64,000 bases of DNA, from positions 197,281-261,280 of the forward strand of contig CAWAPG010000007.1 of the NCBI GenBank assembly GCA_963783905.1. The letters are read 5' to 3'. The position numbers were made by a program, and so were the translations under genes. The stretch comes from an uncultured delta proteobacterium. Its GTDB lineage: Bacteria; Desulfobacterota; Desulfobulbia; Desulfobulbales; BM004. This document shows positions 9,610-19,253 of this stretch, piece by piece. Within the stretch, counting starts at the first letter, position 1, and each line of letters opens with the position of its first letter. Under the pieces are notes generated by a model. It was not told the DNA's origin, ran no database searches, and saw nothing but the letters and a program-made list of their open reading frames with translations.

Positions 9610-10158
9610 ATGATCATCAATTTAATCATTCTAGGAATTGTCATCGGTGCGAATAATCTGGCTGCCGCGCTTGCCCTTGGCGCCCTGGGTGCAGGAACAC
9701 ATCTCTGGCGCATCACCGCGGTTTTCGGATTTTTCGAATTCTTTATACCCTTCGTTGGCATCTGGCTTGGAAGTTCTATCGCCAGTATGATAAGGGGTTA
9801 TGTCTCGTGGCTGGCCCCGGCTTTGATTATTGCTCTCGGGGTCTGGACCCTGTTTTCCGGAGTCACGGGGGACGGTAAATCGGAAAAACTTGCCGGATAT
9901 GTTGCAAGCTGGGAGGGACTAATCCTGCTCGGGGCGGGACTTAGTGCCGATAATCTCGTGGTTGGATTCAGCCTTGGTCTTGTGAATACCAGAGCTCTGC
10001 CGGTAGCAGCCGCAATTATGGTTTTCTCAGTGGCATTCACGATTATCGGGATTAAGACTGGAGATATTTTCAAAAGACGCTGGGAAAAACCCGCTGAAAT
10101 AGCAGCGGGGTTTTTACTGATATTACTGGGACTCGCAACAGCAACAGGATGGCTGTGA
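9610..10158 (+). CDS. MntP/DUF204-like putative manganese efflux membrane protein
   Basis: Two internal repeats have small-residue helices (GANNLAAALALG and SADNLVVGFSLG) typical of the DUF204 duplication. ATG 9610 is preferred over TTG 9571. Confidence 0.65.
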   Translation: MIINLIILGIVIGANNLAAALALGALGAGTHLWRITAVFGFFEFFIPFVGIWLGSSIASMIRGYVSWLAPALIIALGVWTLFSGVTGDGKSEKLAGYVASWEGLILLGAGLSADNLVVGFSLGLVNTRALPVAAAIMVFSVAFTIIGIKTGDIFKRRWEKPAEIAAGFLLILLGLATATGWL

Positions 10159-10249
10159 CTTTACGGCTTGAAGGGTCAGGCCTGGCATTCTTCTCCCTTA
10201 TTATTACCATTTCAAGGCGCTGACAAGAACATCATATTATCCGCACTAC

Positions 10250-10288
10250 AAAAAAAGCAGGACCATTTCTGATCCTGCCTGCTTTTGT
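10250..10288. terminator. Bidirectional hairpin between convergent genes
   Basis: AAAAAAAGCAGG...CCTGCCTGCTTTT has an A-run on one side and a T-run on the other. It lies between the ends of the mntP-like (+) and DUF1059 (-) genes. Confidence 0.45.
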
Positions 10289-10377
10289 ATTTAATCATTT
10301 ACCGTGCTCCTTACAGCCTCGCCGTCCTGTCAACGCAAAGCATGCGGCACAGCCCTTAACTTCTCCTGCTGCGGTTT

Positions 10378-10575
10378 TCAGGCACAACAGCTATCCCCCT
10401 TCTTGAAATTATTTGCAAGGGATTTTCTGACTTCAGGCGTATCTTCCATGCCATGGACCTTTACGCCGTGATCCATAACAACATCAATCAGTTCTTCCTT
10501 GGTGTCGGCGGAAAAGGCCATGGTGCATTTCACATCGCTCGGGTGGTCTCTGCAATCAAGACAATAGCGTTCCAT
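10378..10575 (-). CDS. DUF1059-like small Cys-rich protein
   Basis: MERYCLDC...FSADTKEELIDVVMDHGVKVHG resembles the DUF1059 pattern. The C-terminus ends in SCCA. The start is set at the MERY methionine. Confidence 0.65.
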   Translation of the reverse strand: MERYCLDCRDHPSDVKCTMAFSADTKEELIDVVMDHGVKVHGMEDTPEVRKSLANNFKKGDSCCA

Positions 10576-10905
10576 AATATCACCTCCCTGTTCACATTTA
10601 AAACAATACACTTTCCTTCTCCTAAAAATATAAGATCCGCAGGTCGTCTAATCAATGGGTACAAATACTACATTGTGGCATTTTTTTCGCATGAATCCCG
10701 GGTTTGAGGCTACAGCAGCTTCCCGTTTACCTCAGGATAAAACCCTTGATGCAATTTGCTGTGAAGCATGGCCAAAAGGCTTCAGATCCCGGCAAACCGT
10801 CCCACACGAAACAATAATGAATATATGTGTATAATTCATCGATTATCAGGTACCATACTCCATGATTTTTAAGAAATCAGGTCATCCTTACAAGGGGAGT
10901 TTCCC

Positions 10906-11817
10906 ATGGCTGGTTCTTCAAAAAAAATCATTTATGCCGCTCTGATCGGCAATACCCTGGTGGCAATAACTAAATTTGTCGCTGCAGCCATGACCGGCAG
11001 TTCAGCAATGCTTTCGGAAGGGATTCACTCGGTTGTCGATACCGGCAATCAATTACTCCTGCTTCTGGGGCTGCACCGGGCCAGGAAACCGGCGGACGAA
11101 CATTTTCCCTTCGGCTACGGCAAGGAAATCTACTTCTGGAGCTTTGTCGTGGCCCTGCTGATCTTTGCCGTCGGGGCCGGCGTCTCTCTGTACGAAGGAA
11201 TTCTCCATCTCCTTCATCCTGTGCCCTTCGAGGATCCTCACATCAACTATATCGTGCTCGGTCTCTCAACCCTGTTTGAAGGAGGGGCTTTATACCTGGG
11301 TCTCACTGAATTTTCCCGCTCAAAAGGGAAGTGGGGCTATCTGGAGGCGGTGCATAAAGGGAAAGACCCCTCTACCTTTGTTGTCGTCTTCGAAGATTCG
11401 GCAGCCATCCTTGGCCTGCTGGTCGCTTTTCTCGGCGTCTTTCTCTCGCAGGTCACCGGGAACCATATTTTCGACGGACTGGCTTCAATTGTCATCGGTC
11501 TGATCCTCGGCGGAACCGCAATCTGGCTGGCCTATGAAACCAAGGGACTGCTGATCGGCGAAAGCGCCAATGTCAATGTGGTTGCCGACATTCGTAAAAT
11601 CGTCGCCGGTTATGCTAAGGTTAAAAATGTCAATGAAATACTGACGATGCACATGGGACCTGAATATATCCTGGTCAATCTCAGTGTCGATTTTGATGAC
11701 AGTACGACTGCGAGTGAAATGGAAAAAAATATCGCTGGTATCGATGCGCAGATCAAGGAAAATTTCCCGAATGTCAAACGGATATTCATCGAAGCCGAGG
11801 CCCGAAGGGTGCAATGA
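10906..11817 (+). CDS. Cation diffusion facilitator family metal efflux transporter
   Basis: 303 aa with N-terminal TM helices carrying SEGIHSVVDTGNQ and a C-terminal cytoplasmic domain, the typical CDF layout. Confidence 0.9.
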   Translation: MAGSSKKIIYAALIGNTLVAITKFVAAAMTGSSAMLSEGIHSVVDTGNQLLLLLGLHRARKPADEHFPFGYGKEIYFWSFVVALLIFAVGAGVSLYEGILHLLHPVPFEDPHINYIVLGLSTLFEGGALYLGLTEFSRSKGKWGYLEAVHKGKDPSTFVVVFEDSAAILGLLVAFLGVFLSQVTGNHIFDGLASIVIGLILGGTAIWLAYETKGLLIGESANVNVVADIRKIVAGYAKVKNVNEILTMHMGPEYILVNLSVDFDDSTTASEMEKNIAGIDAQIKENFPNVKRIFIEAEARRVQ

Positions 11818-11921
11818 AATGCAGGGGATTCATTTTTCAGGCTTACTGTATTAAAGTAATTAAATGAGCCGGGCATTTCCCATTATCTTTTCAGCTTCAG
11901 GCTCGGCGTCTGGGAAACAGA

Positions 11922-12257
11922 ATGAAAAAGACAGCGTACAGAGAACAGGCCCTGAAGATCCTGCCATGGGTCTGCGCAAAATGCGGCCGTGATTTTTCCG
12001 GTAAAAAACTGCGTGAACTGACGGTTCACCACAAGGACCATAATTACAACAACAATCCGCCCGACGGCAGCAACTGGGAACTTTTGTGCATCTACTGCCA
12101 TGACAACGAGCACTCCCGCAGTCTGGATGCCGAATGGCTGCCGGCCCATAATCAGGACCGTGAAAAAACACCGACCATTACCCATACCCCATTTGCAGAA
12201 CTGAAAAAACTGCTGCACAAAAACAGCCATGATAACGGCAGCAAGGACACGGAATGA
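11922..12257 (+). CDS. yajD: HNH nuclease, YajD family
   Basis: CAKCG...LTVHHKDHNYNNNPPDGSNWELLCIYCHDNEH matches the YajD-type HNH motif. Confidence 0.85.
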   Translation: MKKTAYREQALKILPWVCAKCGRDFSGKKLRELTVHHKDHNYNNNPPDGSNWELLCIYCHDNEHSRSLDAEWLPAHNQDREKTPTITHTPFAELKKLLHKNSHDNGSKDTE

Positions 12258-12315
12258 TTGATATGCCGGGGAGATGGTCCGGGATTCGGGTCCGGCCGGG
12301 CTCTGTTATGAAAAA

Positions 12316-12888
12316 ATGCAGACAATATCCGTCATGAACCGCACCTCGATAAAAAATGTAACTCTCCTGTTGATCTTTCTGCTGCATGGCTTAAACCTGG
12401 CAGGCTGTTCCTCTGACAGGGACTGGCGCACCGCCAGCCGCGAATCTGCCGGGGTTGCCCCGGACCCTGCCGTCACTAAGGAGGCCGTGCTGCAGGTATA
12501 TGGCGCCAGGGCCTGGAGCTGGCGCGGCTGGTTTGCCATCCACACCTGGATTGCGGCCAAGCACACCGGTGAAAACTCCTACAGGGTCTATGACATGGTC
12601 GGTTGGCGTCTTCGCCACAACCGGCCTGTCTTAAAAATCCGTGACGATATCCCCGACCGCTACTGGTATGGAGAAAAACCCAGGATCATCAAAGAATACA
12701 GGGGCGAGGGCGTTGATACACTGATTAATTCCGTGGACAGGGCCGCCAGGACCTACCCCTGGAAAACGACCTATAAGGCATTTCCCGGTCCCAACAGCAA
12801 TACCTTCACCGCCTGGATAGCCAAACAGGTGCCTGAACTGCAATTGGACCTGCCCTTTGCCGCTATCGGCAGCGGCTACGTGAATTAA
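12316..12888 (+). CDS. DUF3750-like lipoprotein
   Basis: Signal peptide with lipobox LAGC. The motif AWSWRGWFAIHTWIAAK...YRVYDMVGWR is recalled from DUF3750. The start is ambiguous (12274, 12316 or 12334). Confidence 0.6.
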   Translation: MQTISVMNRTSIKNVTLLLIFLLHGLNLAGCSSDRDWRTASRESAGVAPDPAVTKEAVLQVYGARAWSWRGWFAIHTWIAAKHTGENSYRVYDMVGWRLRHNRPVLKIRDDIPDRYWYGEKPRIIKEYRGEGVDTLINSVDRAARTYPWKTTYKAFPGPNSNTFTAWIAKQVPELQLDLPFAAIGSGYVN

Positions 12889-13062
12889 ATAAAATTCCTG
12901 CACCTGATCCATTTTTTTTGCTCAGGATATGGACATGGATAAATTTTCAGGTACATCATCATTAAAACATGTCTTGCTTCCTCTGCTCTGTCTTGTGCTC
13001 TTTGCCGGTATTACGGGTATTTTGCCGGGACGTGGGAAATAGCCTGATTTTTATATCTTCCC

Positions 13063-13866
13063 TCAACCGCGGAGAACACGATCATGCTGCTGCAGCACAT
13101 TTGCCTGCAGCTTTTGAAAGACCGCGTCTCCTGTCACCGGAACCGATGCCTTTCCGGCTGCAGCAGCAAGCAGAAACTCCATCTGCCGGATGTCGGTGCG
13201 GGAGAACGTCCGGTCGATCCAGGCCAGGGTATTGTCCCCAGGGCGGTAAAGAACAAGTGGTCCGAAAACCATTTCATCACCCGGTCCTGAGGCTGCAATT
13301 CCATAACTTACCGTTTGCTCCATTCCGAAATATCTGGGCGGTTTCCGGTATCCCAGCAATTCGACAAACATGCGCAGTGTTTTTTCAACACCCTCGGCGT
13401 TGCTGCCGGCCAACCACGCCATGCCATCCCGGGCCAGGCCTTCGATATCACTGTCCGTGTAATGCAGATCAAGCATGGAAACAGCATCCTGCAGAATCGT
13501 TTCAACCGACTCCTTTCCCGTGCACACCTTGATATCGGTATCGTCCAGAATATGACGGATGGTGCTGATTTTCCACATTTCAAGGGTCCTGGGACTTTTG
13601 CGGATGACCACATCGTCGACCGTGGATCGGTAAATCGGCAGTTCGTTGTCCAGGACCAGGATCATTTTCAGCTCGTCCTCAAGCGGTTTGACATACAGAT
13701 CCAGGTCGCGTTCATGTCGGTATTGATAAGGGCTCTGCTCCAGCAGACTCCGCATGGCCTCCTTGTCAACATGATGTGGAGCCGGGCCGGTTCCAATGGA
13801 TGCGATAACCCTGGAAGCGAGTTTATCAAGTTCGATCTTGCGCTGCAGGTTTTCCTGAAATGACAT
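13063..13866 (-). CDS. Hypothetical protein
   Basis: 267 aa counted from ATG 13866, which is preceded by GGAGGGG. Composition is clean and coding-like. No family recognised. Confidence 0.7.
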   Translation of the reverse strand: MSFQENLQRKIELDKLASRVIASIGTGPAPHHVDKEAMRSLLEQSPYQYRHERDLDLYVKPLEDELKMILVLDNELPIYRSTVDDVVIRKSPRTLEMWKISTIRHILDDTDIKVCTGKESVETILQDAVSMLDLHYTDSDIEGLARDGMAWLAGSNAEGVEKTLRMFVELLGYRKPPRYFGMEQTVSYGIAASGPGDEMVFGPLVLYRPGDNTLAWIDRTFSRTDIRQMEFLLAAAAGKASVPVTGDAVFQKLQANVLQQHDRVLRG

Positions 13867-14126
13867 TTTCCCCTCCGTTTTTCCGTAAGGTTGATGATCG
13901 CCGGTCAAGGCCGATATGTGATCTTAGCTCTATGCGATGACATTGTAGTAAATACGGGCACAGAATACTAACTTTATTACCCCCTAATCATTAAATTCTC
14001 CTTACCTCCCTGTTTTTTTGTTTTTCCAATTATCGAATTGACAGTTTCCGCTGATTTGCTTAAAAAGCTTTCCTGGGATAGGATAGGCTGGAAAGCCCGA
14101 AACGCTACTGGAACAAGGAGGGAGAC

Positions 14127-14729
14127 ATGAAAAAAATATGCCTCATGCTGCTGGCCGTCTTTTTGCTGTTCGGTGTTTCACCGGCTGCCGGCCGGCCAGG
14201 CAGGGCCGATATTACACCATCCGAGCGTCAGTTTGAGCAGTGGACGGAAAAACTGTCTGAATTTGTCAGGGATGTGCGCTTCAATGAAGAGGATATGCAG
14301 AGCTTTATCCGCCTGTACCCGGAATTCAGCGCCATCGGCGGGGATCAGCATGACAGCGGGGAGGAGGAATACGTTGATTTCAACGCTGTTCTGCAGGACC
14401 CTGAATACCGCTCCTGGGCAGGGTCAAAAGGCCTTGACAGTGATATGTGGCTTAAAAAGACGATGCGGATTATCGCCATAATGATGCGGACGGAAATGGC
14501 AGCAGACAATTCCGCCGTACGTTTCGACATGCAGGCGCAGCTGGAAGAACTGGAAAAGATGAAGGACCATATGGGCGAAGAGGTATACCGGCAGATGAAA
14601 CAGGCAATGACCGAAGGATCGGTGGCAATGCAGAATATGGAAGATTCTTCCCGGAATCTGCCGGTCCCTACCGGTACTGAAAAAGCATTGCTGGCAAAAT
14701 ATAACGACCAGATCATGAACCTGGAGTAA
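14127..14729 (+). CDS. Secreted acidic helical protein, function unknown
   Basis: 200 aa with GGAGGGAG upstream and an N-terminal signal peptide ([22 protein letters not shown]). Confidence 0.7.
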   Translation: MKKICLMLLAVFLLFGVSPAAGRPGRADITPSERQFEQWTEKLSEFVRDVRFNEEDMQSFIRLYPEFSAIGGDQHDSGEEEYVDFNAVLQDPEYRSWAGSKGLDSDMWLKKTMRIIAIMMRTEMAADNSAVRFDMQAQLEELEKMKDHMGEEVYRQMKQAMTEGSVAMQNMEDSSRNLPVPTGTEKALLAKYNDQIMNLE

Positions 14730-14760
14730 AAACGCAAAAAAACAACACTGTGTGACCGCC

Positions 14761-16182
14761 ATGGATTTCAGAATCGAAAAGGATACAATGGGTGAAGTCA
14801 GGGTGCCGGCCGGAAAATACTGGGGAGCCCAGACCGAACGTTCGCGAAACAATTTTAAAATCGGCGCAGCGGCCAGCATGCCGATAGAGATCATTTACGG
14901 CTTTGCCCATCTGAAAAAGGCGGCCGCCCATGCCAACTGTGACCTCGGGGTGCTGCCCCGGGAAAAACGCGATCTCATTACCCGGGTCTGCGATGAAATT
15001 CTTGCGGGCAAACTCGATGATCAATTCCCGCTCGTTATCTGGCAGACCGGTTCGGGCACCCAGTCAAATATGAACCTCAACGAGGTGATTGCCAATCGGG
15101 CCCATGTCCTGGACGACGGCCGGCTGGGAGAGGGGGAAAGGAAAATACATCCAAACGATGACGTGAATAAATCCCAGTCTTCCAACGATACCTTTCCCAC
15201 CGGCATGCACATCGCCGGTTATACGATGGTGGTGGAGACGACCATTCCCGGGGTGGAAAAACTGTGCGCCAGCCTCGAAGCCAAATCCGCTGAGTTCATG
15301 GATATAGTAAAAATCGGTCGCACCCACCTGATGGATGCCACCCCCCTGACCCTGGGCCAGGAATTCAGCGGTTATGCTTCACAACTACGGCATGGTCTGC
15401 AGGCCTTGCGGAACACCCTTGACCACCTCTCGGAACTGGCGCTGGGAGGAACCGCGGTCGGCACGGGCATCAACACCCCGGCCGGCTATGCCGAACTGGT
15501 TGCTGAAAAGATTGCCCGTTTCACCGGTCATCCCTTCAAGACGGCGGAAAACAAATTCGAGGCCCTGGCCGCCCATGATGCCTTTGTGGAAACACACGGC
15601 GCCCTGAAGCAGCTGGCGGTCAGCCTGATGAAGATCGCCAATGACATACGTCTGCTGGCTAGTGGGCCCCGCTGCGGCATCGGTGAATTGCTGCTGCCGG
15701 AAAACGAACCTGGTTCAAGCATCATGCCGGGCAAGGTGAATCCAACCCAGACCGAAGCCCTGACCATGGTGTGCGCCCAGGTCATGGGCAACGATGTGGC
15801 CGTGACCATGGGAGGGGCAACAGGTCATTTTGAATTAAACGTGTTCAAACCGCTGCTGGCATACAATCTGCTGCAAAGCGCCAGGCTTCTCGGCGATGCC
15901 TGCGTATCATTCAACGACAACTGTGTTGCCGGCATTAAACCGAACCGGGTTCGCATCAAGCAGAACCTGGACAATTCACTTATGCTGGTGACGGCGCTGA
16001 ACACCAGGATCGGGTATGAAGCAGCGGCAAAAATCGCTAAAACCGCCCATAAAAACGGCACCACCCTGAAGGAAGAAGCCGTCAATTTAGGATACCTTAC
16101 CCCGGAAGAATTCGACGCATGGGTGGATCCAGCCAAAATGACCGGCAGCCTGCCCGATAAAGGGTCTGGTTTTAAAAGCTAA
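14761..16182 (+). CDS. fumC: Class II fumarate hydratase
   Basis: [23 protein letters not shown], the [11 protein letters not shown] signature and ~470 aa length. The start could instead be GTG 14752. Confidence 0.95.
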   Translation: MDFRIEKDTMGEVRVPAGKYWGAQTERSRNNFKIGAAASMPIEIIYGFAHLKKAAAHANCDLGVLPREKRDLITRVCDEILAGKLDDQFPLVIWQTGSGTQSNMNLNEVIANRAHVLDDGRLGEGERKIHPNDDVNKSQSSNDTFPTGMHIAGYTMVVETTIPGVEKLCASLEAKSAEFMDIVKIGRTHLMDATPLTLGQEFSGYASQLRHGLQALRNTLDHLSELALGGTAVGTGINTPAGYAELVAEKIARFTGHPFKTAENKFEALAAHDAFVETHGALKQLAVSLMKIANDIRLLASGPRCGIGELLLPENEPGSSIMPGKVNPTQTEALTMVCAQVMGNDVAVTMGGATGHFELNVFKPLLAYNLLQSARLLGDACVSFNDNCVAGIKPNRVRIKQNLDNSLMLVTALNTRIGYEAAAKIAKTAHKNGTTLKEEAVNLGYLTPEEFDAWVDPAKMTGSLPDKGSGFKS

Positions 16183-16405
16183 GGGCTGCATACTGCAGGA
16201 TCCGACTCGTTTTACATGATCAGGGCTTTTTCCAGCCCTGTCCACACAAGACGGCAGCGCCCTGCCGGCCAGAAGGTCTCTTCACCAGGCAGAAATACAT
16301 ACCTGTCCATCCCGATTTTTCCGGGCCCGTTTTTTTTTGCACAAAGCAACTTCTCCGGAAATTAAGCTGTTGAAATATGCCGGCCCGTATATACTGTCCA
16401 CCACC

Positions 16406-17590
16406 ATGAACCGCCAGATCCTGATCATACTTCTTCTTTCGGTATTCATTGCCCTGCTCGGCATCGGCATCATCGTGCCGATCATGCCCGATTTCGCCAC
16501 TCGCCTGGGGGCAAGCGGCACATCCCTGGGACTGATGATCGCCGTTTTTTCGCTGACCCGCGGCTTTTTCCAGCCAATTGTCGGATCCTATTCCGACCGC
16601 TGGGGACGTAAGGGATTTTTAATCGCCGGGCTATTCATCTATGGTCTGGTCGGGCTGATCATGCCCGAGGCCGAATCGGTGTCCAATCTCATTGTCATCC
16701 GCGCCTTTCACGGCTTCGGCTCGGCCATGATCATGCCGGTGGCCATGGCCTACGTCAGTGAACTGGCGCCCCCCGGGGAAGAAGGACGATACATGGGACT
16801 GCTCAATATCGCCATCTTCAGCGGCATCGGCGGCGGACCCATGCTGGGGGGATTTTTTGCCGATCTCTGGGGCATGTCCTCCGCCTTCTATGCCATGTCG
16901 GTCCTGAGTTTCCTGGCCATGGGGCTGCTGCTCATAAAACTGCCGAACATGATTGATAAAAAAATCACCCCCGAAACAGGACTTGGCATCTACCGGGCCA
17001 TGGGTCGGGTATTCGCCAACCGGAGGACCAACGGCATCCTGCTGGCCCGTATGGCCACCATGTTCATTATGGTGCCGACCATGGCATTCCTGCCCCTGCT
17101 CATGCACCAGAAGTTCGGTTCCACCGGCATGATGATCGGCCTGATCATCTCCGTGCGCACCCTGATCAATGCGGTTCTGCAGGTGCCCTGCGGCCGGCTG
17201 GCCGACCGGCATGACAAGCTTGCACTTCTCACCATCGGCTGCCTGATTATCAGTCTTATAATGGTTCTTGTGCCTCTGGCGGCAGATTTTACGCAGCTGC
17301 TCCTGCTCTTTGCCGTGCTGGGAGCGGGCGAAGCCCTGATCTGGCCGGCACTGGGGGCGTTGGCCACCGAGGAAGGCCGGGTTTACGGACACGGCACCAT
17401 GATGGGCGTATTCAACCTGGCGATGAGCAGCGGTATATTCTTCGGTTCACTCGAAGCCGGCTGGGTCATGGATTACTGGGGACTGCGCTGGTCATTTGTC
17501 ACCATCGGCATAATCGTGTTGTTTCTGAGCCTTTACGCCATCGGGCTGATCCGCTCGGGCAGTACTGCCGCCAACATTGTAGAAGAATAA
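16406..17590 (+). CDS. MFS transporter
   Basis: 12-TM pattern with an MFS loop motif GSYSDRWGRK. ATG 16406 is preferred over the upstream TTG. Confidence 0.9.
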   Translation: MNRQILIILLLSVFIALLGIGIIVPIMPDFATRLGASGTSLGLMIAVFSLTRGFFQPIVGSYSDRWGRKGFLIAGLFIYGLVGLIMPEAESVSNLIVIRAFHGFGSAMIMPVAMAYVSELAPPGEEGRYMGLLNIAIFSGIGGGPMLGGFFADLWGMSSAFYAMSVLSFLAMGLLLIKLPNMIDKKITPETGLGIYRAMGRVFANRRTNGILLARMATMFIMVPTMAFLPLLMHQKFGSTGMMIGLIISVRTLINAVLQVPCGRLADRHDKLALLTIGCLIISLIMVLVPLAADFTQLLLLFAVLGAGEALIWPALGALATEEGRVYGHGTMMGVFNLAMSSGIFFGSLEAGWVMDYWGLRWSFVTIGIIVLFLSLYAIGLIRSGSTAANIVEE

Positions 17591-17669
17591 AACCAGATTC
17601 TCTTTGCATGCCCTTGAGGGAGGATGGATGCAAAAATATCCGGGAATCAATCCCACCGATTCCCTCAGA

Positions 17670-18317
17670 TCAATGTTCAATTATTTCCCAGGAGCGGGCC
17701 AGCGCCTGCCTGCGTAAAGCCTTATCCGGATGAACTGCTACGGGGTGGGCAACAGCCTCGAGCAGTTCAATATCATAAACATCGTTGCCATAGGCAGTGG
17801 CCCCTGCCAGGTCATAACCAAGCTGCCGCCCGGCTTCACGGCTTATCCTGATTTTCTCCCGGGAAAAAGGATGGACCAGGGGCGGATCATGGGTAAAGAT
17901 GCTGTTTTGTATCGAACATTGAGTCGCGCGCATATGCTGGATGCCGAAGGCGCTGCACACCGGACGGGCAATCATTTCCAGGGAACCGGTGAGGAGCAGG
18001 GTGACATCCCCCTGGACCAGATGATTGCTGATTCGCTGCCTCAGTTCGCCGCAGCAGCGGTCGATAAGCCTTGATCCGACAAATTCTTCTGCCGCCTTCT
18101 CCACCGCTGCAACCGGGAGTCCTGCAAGGTAGGCCTTATTTTTTTTTGCCGTCAATCGGCCGTATACCCCGGACCAGCGCAGAAAAAAATAAATAAATGC
18201 GCTGAATTGGCGCGGGCCGATGAGCCTCTGTTCCAGGAGAAACCGGAAGAACAGCTTTTCCGAGCTGGCATGACCCTCAAGCAGGGTGCCGTCAAGATCG
18301 ATAATAACAAGTGACAA
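17670..18317 (-). CDS. HAD-superfamily (IB-like) hydrolase
   Basis: N-terminal IIDLDGTLL motif and later GNDVYD. It lies directly downstream of the CDP-alcohol phosphatidyltransferase gene. Confidence 0.8.
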   Translation of the reverse strand: MSLVIIDLDGTLLEGHASSEKLFFRFLLEQRLIGPRQFSAFIYFFLRWSGVYGRLTAKKNKAYLAGLPVAAVEKAAEEFVGSRLIDRCCGELRQRISNHLVQGDVTLLLTGSLEMIARPVCSAFGIQHMRATQCSIQNSIFTHDPPLVHPFSREKIRISREAGRQLGYDLAGATAYGNDVYDIELLEAVAHPVAVHPDKALRRQALARSWEIIEH

Positions 18318-18333
18318 CGGTCAGCCCTTGTGG

Positions 18334-18960
18334 TCAGGATTGCTGGATCTGCAATTCAGCTTTAATAAAATAGATAAATTCGATCAACACCGGCAGGCCC
18401 CGCAGTAAGCAGACAAAGACGGTGGAATAAACGAGTGCGTTCTGAATCAGCATAATAATGATATACCAGTGCTGGTAATAATCCTGAACCAGCAAGGGCC
18501 AGGGCTGGATGAAAAATATGTAACCGAAGGTCACAGCCTTCAAGGCCCCGTAAAAGATGCGCATGAAACGGCCGGAAACCAGGAATCTGCCGACCGGCGA
18601 CTGCATCATGCCGAAAGGTGTCTGCCCCTGCATGGCGGCGACATGAGAGCGGATCGAGTCAACAAACAGGCTGCGGATGATGAAGATCAGCGGCACCCAG
18701 AAAGGGACGAGGTCAAGATCCATCAAAACGAGCCACAGGACATTTTCGACGATCCTGTCGGCAGCGATGTCAAATATGGAGCCGAACAGGGACTCCTCAT
18801 GCCTTTTCCTGGCAACATACCCGTCAACGCCGTCCAGTACGAAAATAATAATGAGCAGAGGCAGATTTATGAAGAGCAGATAGCCGCTGGAGTAGGCATT
18901 GATTACAAGAACAAAAAGGAGAAACAATCTTGCCAGGGTAACCAGATTAGCCATAATCAC
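18334..18960 (-). CDS. CDP-alcohol phosphatidyltransferase family protein
   Basis: DGVDGYVARK...GSIFDIAADRI matches DGxxAR...GxxxDxxxD. Polytopic membrane protein. Confidence 0.85.
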   Translation of the reverse strand: MIMANLVTLARLFLLFVLVINAYSSGYLLFINLPLLIIIFVLDGVDGYVARKRHEESLFGSIFDIAADRIVENVLWLVLMDLDLVPFWVPLIFIIRSLFVDSIRSHVAAMQGQTPFGMMQSPVGRFLVSGRFMRIFYGALKAVTFGYIFFIQPWPLLVQDYYQHWYIIIMLIQNALVYSTVFVCLLRGLPVLIEFIYFIKAELQIQQS

Positions 18961-19040
18961 CTACCCAGCGCTCAGGAAACGCGATTTGTTAAATAAAAAC
19001 CAGCGATTGTGCATAATTAGCCGGTCCATATCACTGTTTT

Positions 19041-19077
19041 TGATTAAATCAGGTGTAGGGATAAAGTCAAGTGAATG
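19041..19077 (-). promoter_or_regulatory. Conserved promoter-like element, copy A
   Basis: The minus strand reads TTGACT (19070-19065), a 16-nt spacer, then TTTAAT (19048-19043), about 80 nt upstream of the 18960 start. 32 of 37 nt are identical to 59291-59327. Confidence 0.45.
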
Positions 19078-19253
19078 TTATCATTTAAAGCAAAAAACCG
19101 GGAACATAATACCCATTTCTTATAGCGGCGCCGATGCTGCACCTGGGGTGCGAATAGATCTTCGTCCTGAAATTTCCTGCCGCAGCAGAACAGGCGGCAG
19201 GGCCCTTTCCGGCTCTGCCGCCACAAACATTTAAGGGTTAATCACCAGGTCGG

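Noticed and set aside
12929-13042. 37-codon ORF (MDMDKFSGTSSLKHVLLPLLCLVLFAGITGILPGRGK) encoding one TM helix between the DUF3750 gene and the convergent hypothetical gene
   Set aside because: It has only a weak RBS and no supporting conservation that I can assess. It may be a real small membrane peptide, but the evidence is insufficient.
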